DNA from: Ptychomitrium polyphyllum
Lineage: Eukaryota
DNA length: 64,000 nt
Direction of reading: 5' to 3'
Assembly (NCBI GenBank): GCA_973851085.1
Contig: OZ316775.1
Location: forward strand, 10,230,001 to 10,294,000
How positions within the stretch are numbered: position 1 is the stretch's first letter; every line of letters begins with the position of its first letter. Below the pieces are notes generated by a model. It saw only the letters and a list, made by a program, of their open reading frames with translations, had not been told where the DNA came from and searched no databases. Below are positions 51,101-64,000 of the stretch, piece by piece. The position numbers were made by a program, and so were the translations under genes.

Positions 51101-54100
51101 TTCATCCTTTCTTTATAAAGTGTCTGAACGATGTCTTTAAAAGTGTTTTTGAATTTCTTTTTCCTTGATTATATGATTTAGAACTAAGACCCACTGCAAA
51201 ATCCGAAGGTAGTCTTGTTAACCTGCAATAAACTTGAAATACTAAAAACAGAAAACTGAAATGAAGGAATTAGCTGAAAATCACTCATTTATGGTAGAAA
51301 ATCGATAGTTGGTGTCATGAAAGTCATACAGATGATTCTTATGGCAATTTAGGATATGGTGGAAGAGTTATTCAATCCCTTTGAGAACAAAATTTTATGT
51401 ATAGAAAGTATCATGATTTGTAATAGTAGAAATTATTAAAATAAAATTAGATGATTAACTATTGTAAATCAATTTGATTAATTGATATAGTAATTCATAA
51501 TTAATTACTATTAGATTGGTATTTAGTGTCATATGGCATTCAATGGCATTTTATAAATACTATTATTTATAAATTGTTGTAAAGTGCCTTGTTGCTCCAA
51601 TCAAAAAGCTACTAAAACATTGATGTTGGTGACATTGAACATATTATTAAAGTAATTTAATACTAATAGTACTTACTGTGTACTAAGCTCATTTACCGAA
51701 AACATATGGAAGCACAAGAAGTTCCTATGATTTCTTGCATTTTTAACTACCCTTGACTTTCCAATGCATTACATTCTCTCTCTTTAATTTTTTTTTCTCT
51801 CTCCTTGAAAAAATTCAAACGAAAAAGAAGGAAAATGGAGAGGCACCGCAACTGTGTTTGACCTTCTCCAAAGAAGAAGAGCAAGCCTCAGAGGGGCCTA
51901 TGATCATCACCTAAGAATGTTATGTGTTTGAGGTAACACTGGTAAGTAAGTCCATACACTCTCCTTGAGTCTCTGACCAGTCCCAGGACCCAGAGTCCCA
52001 TTTTGTTGCTCAAGCCTATTTGGAGTTCAGACAGTGAACACAAGAAACTCACAAAACACCTCTGATATTTCTGTATGAGTTGCATGATAAGGCGTTTCTC
52101 CTGCAGTAGCACCTTAGTGCATTAGATGCATTAAAAGCATTGTAAGTATTAAGGAATGTTAGTTGAAGAAATATGACAAGAAATTCAGTTGGATAGATAA
52201 CACATGCAGTGGCTACAAATGGAGATAATACCCTCGGTAAGCGGGCACATGAGATATTCATGAGATAACCAGCATGAGGAGGTAATTGAAGTGGGAAAAT
52301 GCTGACATTGTTTGACTATTGTGATCAAATTTGGGAGCTGGGAGCAGTGCCCAGACCCCAAGAGATACAGCTACATTTCTATCACAAAATACAAAACAAG
52401 ACAGTCACATAACATTTAACAGTATAACATATAGTACTCCACTTCTTCACAAATCAATAAACTTAGCTGAACATTGTAACATTGCTCACATGCTTCATTG
52501 TGGAAGTGGTGTAGGATTATTTAGTTAAAGAGTGTTGTTTTATGATGTTAAACAAGAGTAAAATTTTGTAAGAATACAAAATTTAATGAACTAATACTTT
52601 ATTATTACATGTAACACTAAAACAAATGCCACTATAACCATCCATTTGGGAATAAATTTAGGAATCAAATTTAATAAAAGAATGCAGGTTATACAAATTT
52701 ATAGCTTTAGGAAAGTAAGTAATTATATGTATGATTCTACATATATGATTCTACATATATGATTCTATGAGACTGTAGTATGGGAATGAGTACTTCAAGG
52801 ATGAATTACTCTAATACATCTACAAATGGGTTAGGGAATCATCAAAACCATCCCACACGAAGTAGCTTTTACCTATGCTCATCAGAAATTGTAAAACTGT
52901 TGCTGACTGTTGCCAATGTATCTGTCCACAGGTGAAGGCTCAGTGCAATCAATACTTGGATTCAGGGTACATGTCTATGACCCAGGTCCTGTTTGGTGCA
53001 TTGGCTTTACTTCACTGTGTGCCCATAGCGCTATTAATCAGATGTTATTTCATCATATTGTATCATTCTATTTCAATGAATAGTACTGTAGTGAGTACAG
53101 TATTGTTTGGATTCTACTTGAGTCTAAATTCTGGTTTCTTTCGAAAGAGCTTGGTAACTGATCAACTATTGATGATAGAGTTCACTTGTAGGTCACTGAC
53201 TATAGGTGACCCTCCTTAAATGTTACCTCTTTGAGTGTTATAATGTCCATATTATTATCTTTTTGGTTCTATAAAAAAAAAATATACTTATAAATGTTAT
53301 ATGCTAAATGTTAGACAACTTAAGAGAATCTATTCTCTCTTTCTTGTAAATCCACCCATAATAGATATAGTTTTTGTTATTTGTATTAATACATGATATT
53401 TCTACTAGTATGTATTATAATCAAATAATCATTTGTTTGTGTAGTTGTATGAACATGAGTAAATTTAGAATTAGCATATAGAGTTTTCTATGTAGCTTCC
53501 TTATGCAAGTATAAATCACTATGATGGTGAGAAAATGGTGGGGATTGTTGGATAACGCAAATGAATTGATGCCTAGGTTTAGTATTAAGCTTTAGAGTTC
53601 AAAGTTAAAATATATGAAAATGAGTGAATTTAGGGTTAGGGTTTTAGTAGAACTTATGTTACTCCATACATACCTCTTTTTATTGATGATTGTTATTTTT
53701 TGCAATTTTCACCTTTGATTATATTATCTACATAAATGTGATTTAAAAAAGAATTGTCACTCTTTATTTGTTTTATGTTATATCTCTTTAAATGTTATAT
53801 TTTTCCCAAAATTTAAGGAGAGTCGAATGTATGTACTTTCCATACAGATGTAGAGTACATGCAGATTGGGCATAAAGAACTCATTGATCCGTTCTCTAGC
53901 GAGAAGAAAGGTTCACAATTGGGTTACTGTTTTACTTCTACTCCACAGTTCCACTATACTACAGTAAAATAGCAACAACTCCTGACATTTGTTAACCTAA
54001 TTTAATTCAAAGTACAGTTGCCAGATTCTTGTACTGGTACAATTGTGTAATGGCATATGAGGACAGCATGACTGGGTACTGTGTAAGACCATCTCCACCA

Positions 54101-56087
54101 CACACATCAAAGTGTAAATAGAATCTTTCATACACATGGAATTATCACTTAAATACACCATTATCAGAAATACATTAAAAAATCACGTAAGGTAAGTGTA
54201 AAAGTTTTTAAATTCAGGTATGAGATGAAAAAACCACGTCACTGTTGTATGGAGTTTACAAAATGTTATCAAATTGTTGAAATTGATTAGACCTCTGAAT
54301 GATTTGATAAGTTAGGGCCACGCAACTCGAATTTTTTTGATGACAGTGCTCTAACTCCATACAATAGTATCCTTGCAAATGTGGTGTGATTTTGTCACCT
54401 GAGATCCAAATCTAGAATTTCTCTATCTAGAAAGTTTCCAACCATAAAGAGAACATACAGAGCATCAAATGTTTCTAGATGTGACAGACGTAATAGACTG
54501 CTCTCATTTTTACACCGTTGCTTGGACACTACACCCAATTGCAAGATGATCTCCTACACAAGTAACAACCCCTGCTCCCTTCACTTCCTCAGCAACATCC
54601 AGATCCCTTACTGGCAAGTCTATCCAGGCACAAATTCGATGGTTTCACACGTCTGCATCAATCAAAACTGAGCCAAACTGGAAGAAGAATTAGTTGGTTG
54701 TAGTCGTAACCATGTCCCACACCAATCCCCCGACCAGCTCTACACGGACACTAGTACAAGCGAGCATTTGAGAGCAACGAAAATGCTCCACAAAGTCTGC
54801 TACTATGAACAGAGTGCCTAAGGAATTCAAAAACACGTAGGCAAGGAGGATGCCCACCTTAAAGTTGCAGGATCAATCGTCACAAGATCGCCTGCGAAAC
54901 CGCAGCTCCAGACTCTAGTTTGTCCAAAGTGAACACTGCACACGCCTACAACCAACAGGTTATAGAAGAAAATTAAATGGCAGAATCAGAAAACTACACA
55001 CATTCCACTCTATATGTGCGGCATTGCAACAGGACATTATTCAAAGAATTCATTCAGAAAGTTTCGTAGCTCAAGCATCGACGAGATTGCATCAAGAAAC
55101 CTGGCGGACCCTCTTGGTCTGTATCCTCCTCAACTGCCGAGAAGTCCTCTCTGGTGGACACACTAAGAAATCAAGTAAATTCACCTTCAGTCAAAAAATT
55201 TCACCTGCTCCCCTCAGGTAGATTGATAAGATATAGACAAGCAGAGCGTGAACTTGTAGACTAAACTCTGAAGATGAACTTGCAAGCCAACTCATTCTTC
55301 GCAAGATCTCAGGCCTATCCCATCCTCAAAAACTCCACCTCGCAAAAAAAGCACAAGCAACTGTATGTGTCCTCGTAGCCCTGACGCAGCAATGCACAGA
55401 GCAGGCGGCAGGCAGTTTTGAACCTGGATACTGCACCGAACCATGGCTATGAGTTCTTGTAACCAGTGTCTACATCCAGAAAAACCCCAAGAACAATACA
55501 TGATCCAACAACAAAGTTAACCCAGATTCAACCTCACGTAAACCCTAACAACATTCAGCACGGTCCAACACGAGCATTCAATCAAGGCTTTGTGGGAATC
55601 AGTTATGAATACCCAATAAACCAAAGCTATGTACCGTAATCTTTCACCGACTATCACATCAACACAGCACCGTAGTGCTGCTCTGCATTGCAGTCGCTCA
55701 ACCTCAACAACCACAGACAATCCCAGCACTCACTACAGACTAGGTGCTTCGACACGACGACCCTCGACGTCCATGTTATCAATGCCAAGTGATCATATTT
55801 CGTAAAACTCTTGAAATTTGACTTGTTCTCCAGAATTTGACTTGGGACTACTCTGCATGTTGCAATTTCTTCAGTACTCTTCATCTTTGTGCAATCTTCT
55901 CCCTCTCTGCATTGCCTATGCAAACCGATGCTTGCAAATAGGCTAAAGCACAATCGAGCGACAACAACCATCACAATCACCATCAAGCTTTAACAATTCT
56001 CAGTCCTCGCGATTACACGTTTACGAATTGCTTCTCACCAGGGCATGAGCTGTGCTGTTTCGTTGGCGCTACTTCTCTGCAATTGAG

Positions 56088-56589
56088 ATGGCATTAAGTT
56101 TGAGTCTTGGAGTGAGGTACGCTGAGTGAGGTAATTGTGGAACAGAGGCGGACACAGCTCTCTCGCTCTTGATCCATTTGAGTTGGGCAGTGTGTGGAAT
56201 CCGTTCTCAGTGCTGGAGGACGGGGCGGCTCAGGAGTTTGCTCCGGTGCTCTGCGTGTTGTCAACATGCAGATAGACTGGCGTGAGACACCGTAGGCTCA
56301 TATCTTTAAGGCAGACCTTCCAGGGATAAAGAAAGAGGAGGTGAAAGTGCAGGCGCCGGATGGGAGGATGTTGAGGATAAGCGGGGAGTAGAAGAAAGGG
56401 GAGGTGCACAAGGGCGATACTTGGCGCCAAGTTGAGCACTCCCGCGATGATTTTATGCGACGCTTCCTGCTGCCGGAGGACAGTGACGTGGAGCAACTGC
56501 AAGCGCAGGTGCAGGACGGAGTTCTTACGGAGACTATCCCTAAAATTCAGAAACAGAAGCCATAAGTGCGTCAGATTGATATTGCTCAA
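56088..56589 (+). pseudogene. Class I cytosolic small heat-shock protein (HSP17/18, HSP20 family) pseudogene
   Basis: Translates MALSL...DPFELGSVWNPFSVLE, then a frameshift, then [26 protein letters not shown]...LRISGE*KK...DTWRQVE...FMRRFLLPE...AQVQDGVLT.TIPK...KP*VRQIDIA. In-frame stops at 56293, 56389 and 56563. Confidence 0.92.
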
Positions 56590-59277
56590 GGAGTGATGTC
56601 GTTTATGATTTGTAGAAGTGTTCTACATGTAAGTTTCTTGGAGGATAGGGGTGAACAGCATCAGGTTTCTCAAATTCTGATGATAGGAAATGTAAAAGAA
56701 TGTGGAAGTGTTGACTTCATCACTGTGTTTGGCTCGACTTTCACATAATATGGACAAAGGGAGACCTGCGATTTGAGATCACCGGGAGATTTGAGGTCTT
56801 TCGTGGGAATTAAAAACATTGTATACGTTTTCCTTTCAATGATTTAAATAAAAATGCAGATCTTCTACTTTACTCGCAGTTCTTCTCAAAATTTATGAAT
56901 TGATGAATTACGCACTGCAGACCTACTGAAACTGAAACACGTTTACTGTGTGTTGTCGTCCCTTCTTGATAATGTTTTGACATCCGATTTTAATATTTCT
57001 ATATTTCAATCTCTATTTTTGGACTGTTTGTGTGACTTCAGACTTCTGTATAAGCGGAGAATTTTCACTCCGTTTCTACATGATTCCTTGTCCCAACTGG
57101 CTACCTGTCTGTCTTAGTAGTTGGGAACAATCTCAGTTTTCCCACAAACAGTACAGTTGTGTTCAAAACTGTTTGTGTTTTACAATTTTAACCTTTCCCA
57201 CCCAATTTTAACCTTTACCACCATATTGGATATGTTGTTTTGATAGAGATTGTTCCCAACTCTAAAGAGTATGTGAATGTATGAATGCATACCCAATGCC
57301 CTTCTATGTTGCTGCATCTTGGCCCTCTGCCTTTTCTAAGTCCTTTCTGAAGATCACTGCCTCTTTAGATTCCTTACGTACCGTGTCTTATTATGTCTAT
57401 GGTGCAAGTCATTTATGCGATAAGTTTTGTGCATCCATCAGATGTCACTCCATCAGGTTGTTCGCAGGTATTTCAGTTACACTTCCCCTATAAGTTAGCA
57501 ATCCCTTCGAACCCTTGCAAATTGTGCGTCCATGTTGCTATGCCTCAAGTTCTTTGATCAGCTACAGCGCAGCCAAGTTTATCTGCACCTACCTACAGCT
57601 CTAAGACACCAATCCAAATTTTACCTGACACATATCTTCAATCTAAAAAACTTGGTTAGGAATAATGATGACTTCTAGTTCCTGTTCACCTGGTAAGTGT
57701 CTCACACAGGTCAACTCAATGTCATTGTAAATGAATGATCTGCACCAAATAAGCTTGAGAGTGTTTAACCCTAATTGAGTGTACAACCTCAACTGTGCAA
57801 AAGCATCGTAGATTCCTCTAAGCTGTGTGTCGCACTGAATCCTATAATCCAGTATACCACGATCCAAACGTTTCTTGTTTTGGGCTCCAAATACTATGAC
57901 ACTAAAAGTGCATGGATAAAGTTCCTTGACCGATGATACACTTCCACGCAACACGAAGCTTTTTCTCTTGTTCTTTAAAAGCATGTTACATCGATGAAAT
58001 ACTACAGTTAACAGCTTGTTGTAATCTGGAGGTCAAGTCCTAGCACCAGTGCTTCTAGCCATTGCATAAACTGTAACGTAATGAAACAAGTTAGAGATCA
58101 AGTTAAACATCGTCTAGAATCAAATTTAGAATGAAAATGGATTCGAAGTAAGAACTCTTAATCGCTTCATGTAACTTGAAAGCCAACTGAAGGGCAGGGA
58201 GTAGTAAGAAGCTACTGTACAAGGCTACTATTGAGATTGCTCCAGAGAATTATCACAGGGAATACAGTTACGGTGAATTGCAGTTGCAAAGTCGCGGAGA
58301 GTGGGGGTGGATCTTCGCTGAGCCAAAGAGCTTCGAAGCTCGTTTCGAGAAAGGCGAATTTATCATGGAGTGAAACAGAAAGAGAGCGAAAGAACATAAA
58401 AGTGCGCTACCAACTGGGCGAATGTGAATGGTAAAGTACAAAAGAGTAATGAAAAGTGTGGCTCAACAAGGGACCCACACGGATCATGAGACGGCGCGGA
58501 TGAGCCTAGCACCTGAGCGACGCATCTGCACCATCGAGAGATGGCCGCACTGAAAGAGGGTGCATGAATGTGCATGATATGAAGCATCCATCGGGAGAGA
58601 AGTCATGCGCAACAGCGCGCTTTTCCAGGTTTTTGTGATCATTTTACTGTCTGATTGGATCATGAGAAAGTGGGGGTGGTCCGGGATCTAGTGCTTGTGG
58701 ATAAGAGGTGTCCCACTTCACACGTCTGCAGCCAGTTTCCGTCTCCAAGATCGCCTCGCGCCATCCCGACTGTAATCGAAGTTCAGATTATGTGACATTT
58801 GTTGTTTACCCGCTTTCGTCGGTCGTCGTTGGAGAGCTGGGAGAGGATGCTGATTGCGTTGCTGAGGCGGATGAGAGGATCTGTGGGTCGGAATGGATTG
58901 CAGAGTGGTGAGGCGTTTGGCTGCCAGCTGTGGAGTGAGTTTCGTTATTTATTGATTGAGCTGAGAATAGTTGAATGAGGAGTTGAGATCAAAAGATTGA
59001 GTTTTTGAGTGCGCGGGGGAGGAATCAGCTGTAAGGTTCGATTGCGTGGAGAGGCGTGATTCTATTAGTTGACTCCGCGCGTTCAATTCTGGAGTTTTTT
59101 CATTGTTTGTAGTCTTCAGATGGTGAACGATGGACTTCTGTCTCGTGGTTGTGAAACATGGGCTTCTGTCTTGTTAGCAGGCTGTTCTAAACCTCGGCCT
59201 TGAAATGTGAGAAATTTCTAACGGGTGTTCATTGTCGACTTTCATCCGATTCACTTGGTTTTAACATCGTAGGTACA

Positions 59278-61119
59278 ATGTCGACCTCAAGATTATTACC
59301 CAACTGTGGAAATGTAGCTTCTGGAACCTTTCCTTTGGTCTGTGCTCCAGCGGGGGCATGGAAGCCACTTCCGCAGGTTAGAATTTCCTCTTGTAGAGTG
59401 TCGTGGAGATGTCGTCCTCTTCAGAGAATAGCAAGGCCGTTTTTAAGGATCACTGCGTGCACAGCACCACCTTGCCAAAGTGTGGAGGTTTCAGCATCCG
59501 TTGTAGAGAGAGTTGGGTTTGGAGGAGTGGAGTTTGAGTCCAGCGCCTTGCAAGTTGTGAAAGAGGGGCTGGTGTTCCAGCAAGCCCGGTCGCCGGAGCT
59601 AATTCGAGCGGCGGCATATTTGCGCGCTGTCTCGTTCTACACGATTCCTGAAGGTCGCAGTGACGAAGCTGTTCAGGTACTACTCGCTTTTCACGCGATT
59701 GTTCTCCAAAATGTGGTTGTGAACTACAGAAAATCAAACTTAACTTGTCACACTGCCCTCTTCGCAATGTCGCCTTCTCGCAGGGCATTAGTCATGCAGG
59801 TAGAGTCCTTGCTTGGTGCTGACAATTAGATAGATGTGTTTCTATCTTTGATTGAAGTTTTAAAATTATTTGTACCGCCTTTGCCTTTTCTTGGTAAAGA
59901 TGCGCTGGTCCGAGTATTCTCCTATCTGCAGAGTTGAGCCGAAGTTGTTTTCGTGATGAGCGTCCTTCACTTGAGGGACTGCATAGTTTAACTTACGAGA
60001 GAAGCATAGGAGATATTGACATGAAAATTTCGAATATTGCTTGTTGCACAGTTGCATCGCAAGATGAAGGCAGCTGACGAGTTCAGTTCTCTTAGGTCCA
60101 AAGTTGCAGGACTCCAGCAAGGCTATAAGCGCATTATATGCATTGTAGCGCTTTATCCCCTCTCAAGACTCCCTGATTTGTTAATGGTTAAACTCCACCC
60201 TGCCTTGAAGGTGAGACACCAAATGCGAATTCTTGCATTGTTTCATATACTTCGTTGTTTCTTTGAACATTGTCGGAAATTCGATTCAGTGAGACCTAAA
60301 CTTTGGGCGCTCGCTTCGTGGGCTGAGAACGATGATTTGGTTGTCTGAGCAGGTAGCGTTGAACGGTGAGGAGCATGTACTTGTGGGGTCTCTCGATTTG
60401 ACTCAAGGCTTGAAAGTTCTGCCAGACGAACCTGTTGTAATCAAATCTGAGATGCGCTCTTCGTTCCTACCTAGGACGGCTTCTCTCAATGTATCGACCC
60501 CCTCAAGAAGTGTACAAGTAATATTCTGCTTCTCTTCAGCTCCTGTTTTGTTCAACTTGTTTACCACCTTGATCGCCGAGAATGAGATTTTGTTGAAAGG
60601 GGTCGTTACAAAGTAGTTTTGACCTTGCTGGCAGCTTGTGGTGATGATCCCTGATAATAATATTCACAAGTGTAGTGGAATTAAAATTGCAGGATCTTGG
60701 TGGAGATCGTGAAAGAGGATACCTTTCAAATGTATGTGTGGCGCCTTTGATGCGTCAGAGAGGCATCGGTATGGCTCTCCTCCAGCAGGCTCAGAATATG
60801 TCTCAGCATTGGGGTACGCTTGACTAAACTTTCATCCTTCTCGTATGAGTTGTGCGTTGTTCTGGTGAATCTAATTGATCTAACCATATCCCTCTGCATC
60901 TCTCTTCTAGGAATAACCAATCTGTACGTCCATGCCGTGGCCACAAATGAAGCTGCAGTTAAGCTTTATAGCAAGGGTGGTTTCGCTATCATGGCCACAA
61001 ATGAGGCCCCAGTCAAGCTTTCGAGCATGGGCGGTTTCTCTCTCGAGAAGGAGGCGGCCATTACAATTGCAAGACGACAAGCCCGGCCATCCCGTCTGTT
61101 ATTACACAAGTTCATCTAA
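59278..61119 (+). CDS. GNAT-family N-acetyltransferase with probable plastid transit peptide
   Basis: Exons 59278-59676, 60052-60210, 60353-(60436, 60451 or 60517; donor uncertain), 60693-60813, 60911-61119. Motifs AAAYLRAVSF, VGSLDL, GYLSNVCVAPLMRQRGIG (acetyl-CoA motif A) and LYVH...NEAAVKLYSKGGF. Confidence 0.85.
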
Positions 61120-62984
61120 GTCCAAGAGACGACGAATCCCAAGCCATTTTTTAGAGAGTGCACAGAGCATCGTTCATCTGTATTATTATAAGATCATACA
61201 TGGATCACACATTGTGACATGATACGGAGAATCTCATTGTTAGAATGTAAAATTGCAGATTATTGTATTTGAAACCTCACTGTATTTCTTATAGGCCTGA
61301 GGGAGATCTTATTAAAATGGACGTTATACGTAGATTGGACGTCCTATGCAAACATAGATAATGTGTTCAGGCGCTGCCCCAAATCGTCAACCGTAGTGTG
61401 ATAGATTGCGAGTGTACAGGCATTTGTTTCCAGGATCCAGCTCATGCTCGTCCGAGTGAGCTTGTGGTCCACATCTATTGTACCCTATTGTACTTCTACT
61501 TGTAAATCCATGTATGCTGAGTCAGCAACTTTGGTGGATTGCCAAAAAGGATTATGGTTCTTAAGACAACAACATTCTGGTCCTCATTTGTCGCTTGAAT
61601 GGGCCCTTATCTGTCCACGTGCTGAAGCTCTCTGCGCAGAGCGAAATTTTCTTAAAAGGAAGCCCTACAGCGTTCTTGTGGTTACTTATACGACATCTGT
61701 AATACCAGCTTCACACTCAATAGGAGACGATTCGACGAATGCTCTAGAATACTGTATAACATATCAAGATTACAACAGATTGGTTTTACTCTGCAGTGGT
61801 AATTATGCTTATCACTTGTGCCAATTTTTTAAGAAACATTCAAGTTTCACATGTGGAAAGTCACAGCCTACATAATATTACTAGAATCACTCTGCTAATT
61901 CATATTATGATGTGCGACGATGGAACCTAAACTTCCTTGCGACTTCTCCTATTAAAAAATGCTTTCTCGTTGGATAAATGCCGTGCAGCGGAATTGGTAA
62001 CATGACTGTTCATGAGTTTAGAATTGAAAATGCCAATGATTTAGTACTCTAGACCTTCAAAGATATTGCAGTGCTTGCTCAGATCGCTGTTACTAACCAA
62101 AGCCTCTACAAAAACAGCACAGATCTCGTCCGTGTAGAGTTCGCAGCTATAGAGAAAGATTGCGCAAATTTAGAGTCTGTTTTTCCTGATTCGTGGAACC
62201 AAAGTCAGAATTTAAAAATCCCGTGATCCAGAAGCAGTCACAAAGTATATTTGAAGGGGGCTGCCCCTAAAGGTACCGAAATTTGACTTTACCGACACCG
62301 TTAGAACATAAGTGACATAAGAAGGCAGCAAATTCTAGCCATGAGTATGGCAACGTCATCCTATGGTATTTTATAAAAACAACCAAGCTATATCATATTT
62401 TGCGAGCGACATACACTTCGAAGCTTTGAAATACGTCAATCATCTGCGATCACTTCGTTAAAGACTGGCTTGCAACGCATCACTTTTGCAGACTAGATAC
62501 TCGAAACTTGCACTCAATCAAACAGCACAAATCTCCACTGAATCCATCATTGTTAACTACTTCCTCGAACCAGCTGAAATAGAAGTCCTCAAAATCTATG
62601 CACAAAAGAAAACTGCAACAAAATTGCAACCGGATTTGACGAAATGCAGGGTGCATAGCACTCGGCTATGCAACACACGAATAATCAATTTTAGACTGCG
62701 ATTCTCTACATGACGATGTTGCTGCCATGAGCTCAAAGAAGTTAAGGAACCATAGAAGCAAAATCGTGTTATAAACAAACCGCCGAAACAACCGCTCACC
62801 GATCGACCTATCATTCAAATACACAGAAGAAATTACCGACATGACACAGAAAAGGTTGTATTCACAAACCGACTTTCACCAATCAACAGAACAATAAACA
62901 AATTGCTGAAATACAAGGAAGGACGTGATGCCTCGTTGATAGAAGTCCAAGTTCAACTTCCTCTGCACTTTCCGTACAGTTATA

Positions 62985-63935
62985 CTACACTTCTTCAGGG
63001 ACGCCGGAAGATTTCTCATGCCGAAGGTCAAGTAGCATATCCGTAAACACACTTTCAAAGTCTGGCATCTTGGCGTACCCGGGGAAGTAGTTGATGTCAA
63101 TCACATGGTAATGGTTACCAGCTCCGGAATCTTTGATCACATCGAAATTAAACAGATGAAGTCCAAGGCCCTCCCGCAATCCATTCGCTACCTCTACAAT
63201 GAAGGCTGCATTTGGCAGCTCCGCCTTGGCGACGTTCTCGTCCATGGTCGCCCCTGAAACCATGTTAGAAATTTGGGAGAAGGGCAGGGGCTCCTCAGTG
63301 CTGCTCACCTGGTCCTCATGCACATCAGGGAGGGACTTCCGCCGCACGCATTTGATGTACTTTCCGGCGACATATACTTTGAAGATGACTCCGCCATGGT
63401 TGACGAACTCTTGGAGGACCATGGGAGGGTTGAGCTTGTGAAGGCCCTTGGTGTTGACGAGCAGGAACATGGCGTGAGAGGTGGCGCTGCCGTCTGCTAC
63501 CATGGGCTTGGCAATTACGGGGAATGTCAGTTCCGCAATGACGTTCTCGTCGTTGAAGGCTTCAGCGCTGTCGACGATGAGTTGCTTGGGAATACCGCAC
63601 GTGCCGAGCCCTTCGGAGATTTGGAGATGGTGGACAGCTTCGAGCATGGAGACGCGGTTCTGGAGCTTGTCGATTGCGGCCGGGGGGTCGACGAGGATGA
63701 CGTGCGGGTGGCGATCCTTATACTCGAGGAGCTGCTGAGTCCACTCCTTCCCTCCGTGCTTGTGGATGATTGCGTCAAACGGGCCCTGATCCTCTAGGGG
63801 CTTGGCCATGTCGACGCGCACCAGGTTTACGCCCTTGCTCTTCGCGTGCTCCACCAGCGACGGCTGGATGAAGCTCTTCACCTTCTTGTCGGCTAATGCG
63901 TACCCTACCACCATCGTCTCTCCCCCTGACGCCAT
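62985..63935 (-). CDS. ITPK1: Inositol-tetrakisphosphate 1-kinase / Ins(1,3,4)P3 5/6-kinase, intronless, 316 aa
   Basis: First ATG at 63935 (the ORF-track start at 63947 is TTG). Motifs VGYALADKKVKSF, QGPFDAIIHK, FPVIAKPMVADGS, LQEFVNHGGVIFKVYV, LFNFDVI and VIDINYFPGYAKMP. Confidence 0.95.
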   Translation of the reverse strand: MASGGETMVVGYALADKKVKSFIQPSLVEHAKSKGVNLVRVDMAKPLEDQGPFDAIIHKHGGKEWTQQLLEYKDRHPHVILVDPPAAIDKLQNRVSMLEAVHHLQISEGLGTCGIPKQLIVDSAEAFNDENVIAELTFPVIAKPMVADGSATSHAMFLLVNTKGLHKLNPPMVLQEFVNHGGVIFKVYVAGKYIKCVRRKSLPDVHEDQVSSTEEPLPFSQISNMVSGATMDENVAKAELPNAAFIVEVANGLREGLGLHLFNFDVIKDSGAGNHYHVIDINYFPGYAKMPDFESVFTDMLLDLRHEKSSGVPEEV

Positions 63936-64000
63936 GGCTTCACCCAAACCCTACAAAACGAACCCACAACAGAACTCAATCCCACTCCGCAATCAACATC

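Noticed and set aside
53628..53647. Interstitial telomere repeat (TTTAGGGTTAGGG)
   Set aside because: Only about two imperfect units; could arise by chance.
56230..56589. 119-aa minus-strand ORF
   Set aside because: Antisense shadow of the sHSP pseudogene.
63199..63797. 174-aa and other plus-strand ORFs opposite ITPK
   Set aside because: Antisense shadows of a GC3-rich coding sequence.

Overview
Eukaryotic nuclear DNA from a land plant, most likely a moss (Physcomitrium/Funariaceae-like; inferred from GT-AG intron-rich genes, AT-rich intergenic blocks and the gypsy LTR type). I rebuilt gene models by hand from splice signals. They are: the 3' end of an amidase; a 20-exon meiotic cohesin REC8/SYN1; a UVI4/OSD1-like APC/C inhibitor about 3 kb downstream; a secreted alpha-carbonic anhydrase with no findable last exon; a metallo-beta-lactamase-fold protein; a DIVARICATA-like MYB; a STICHEL-like (DnaX gamma/tau) AAA+ protein; a class I small heat-shock protein pseudogene; a plastid-type GNAT acetyltransferase; and an intronless ITPK. 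Repeats are a decayed Ty3/gypsy chromovirus (19869-26002) carrying a nested solo LTR, a younger solo LTR with a perfect TSD, a 102-bp MITE-like element and several minisatellites. The most notable observations are perfect heat-shock-element arrays upstream of the TATA box in the gypsy LTR, REC8 lying next to an OSD1/UVI4-like gene, a degenerate Walker B in the STICHEL-like protein, an apparent GT>AT splice-donor mutation plus a motif duplication in the GNAT, and a His-rich short ORF built from a 15-bp array. I saw no rRNA, tRNA or CRISPR, and I cannot demonstrate a novel multi-gene system. Family assignments rest on recalled motifs, not database searches.
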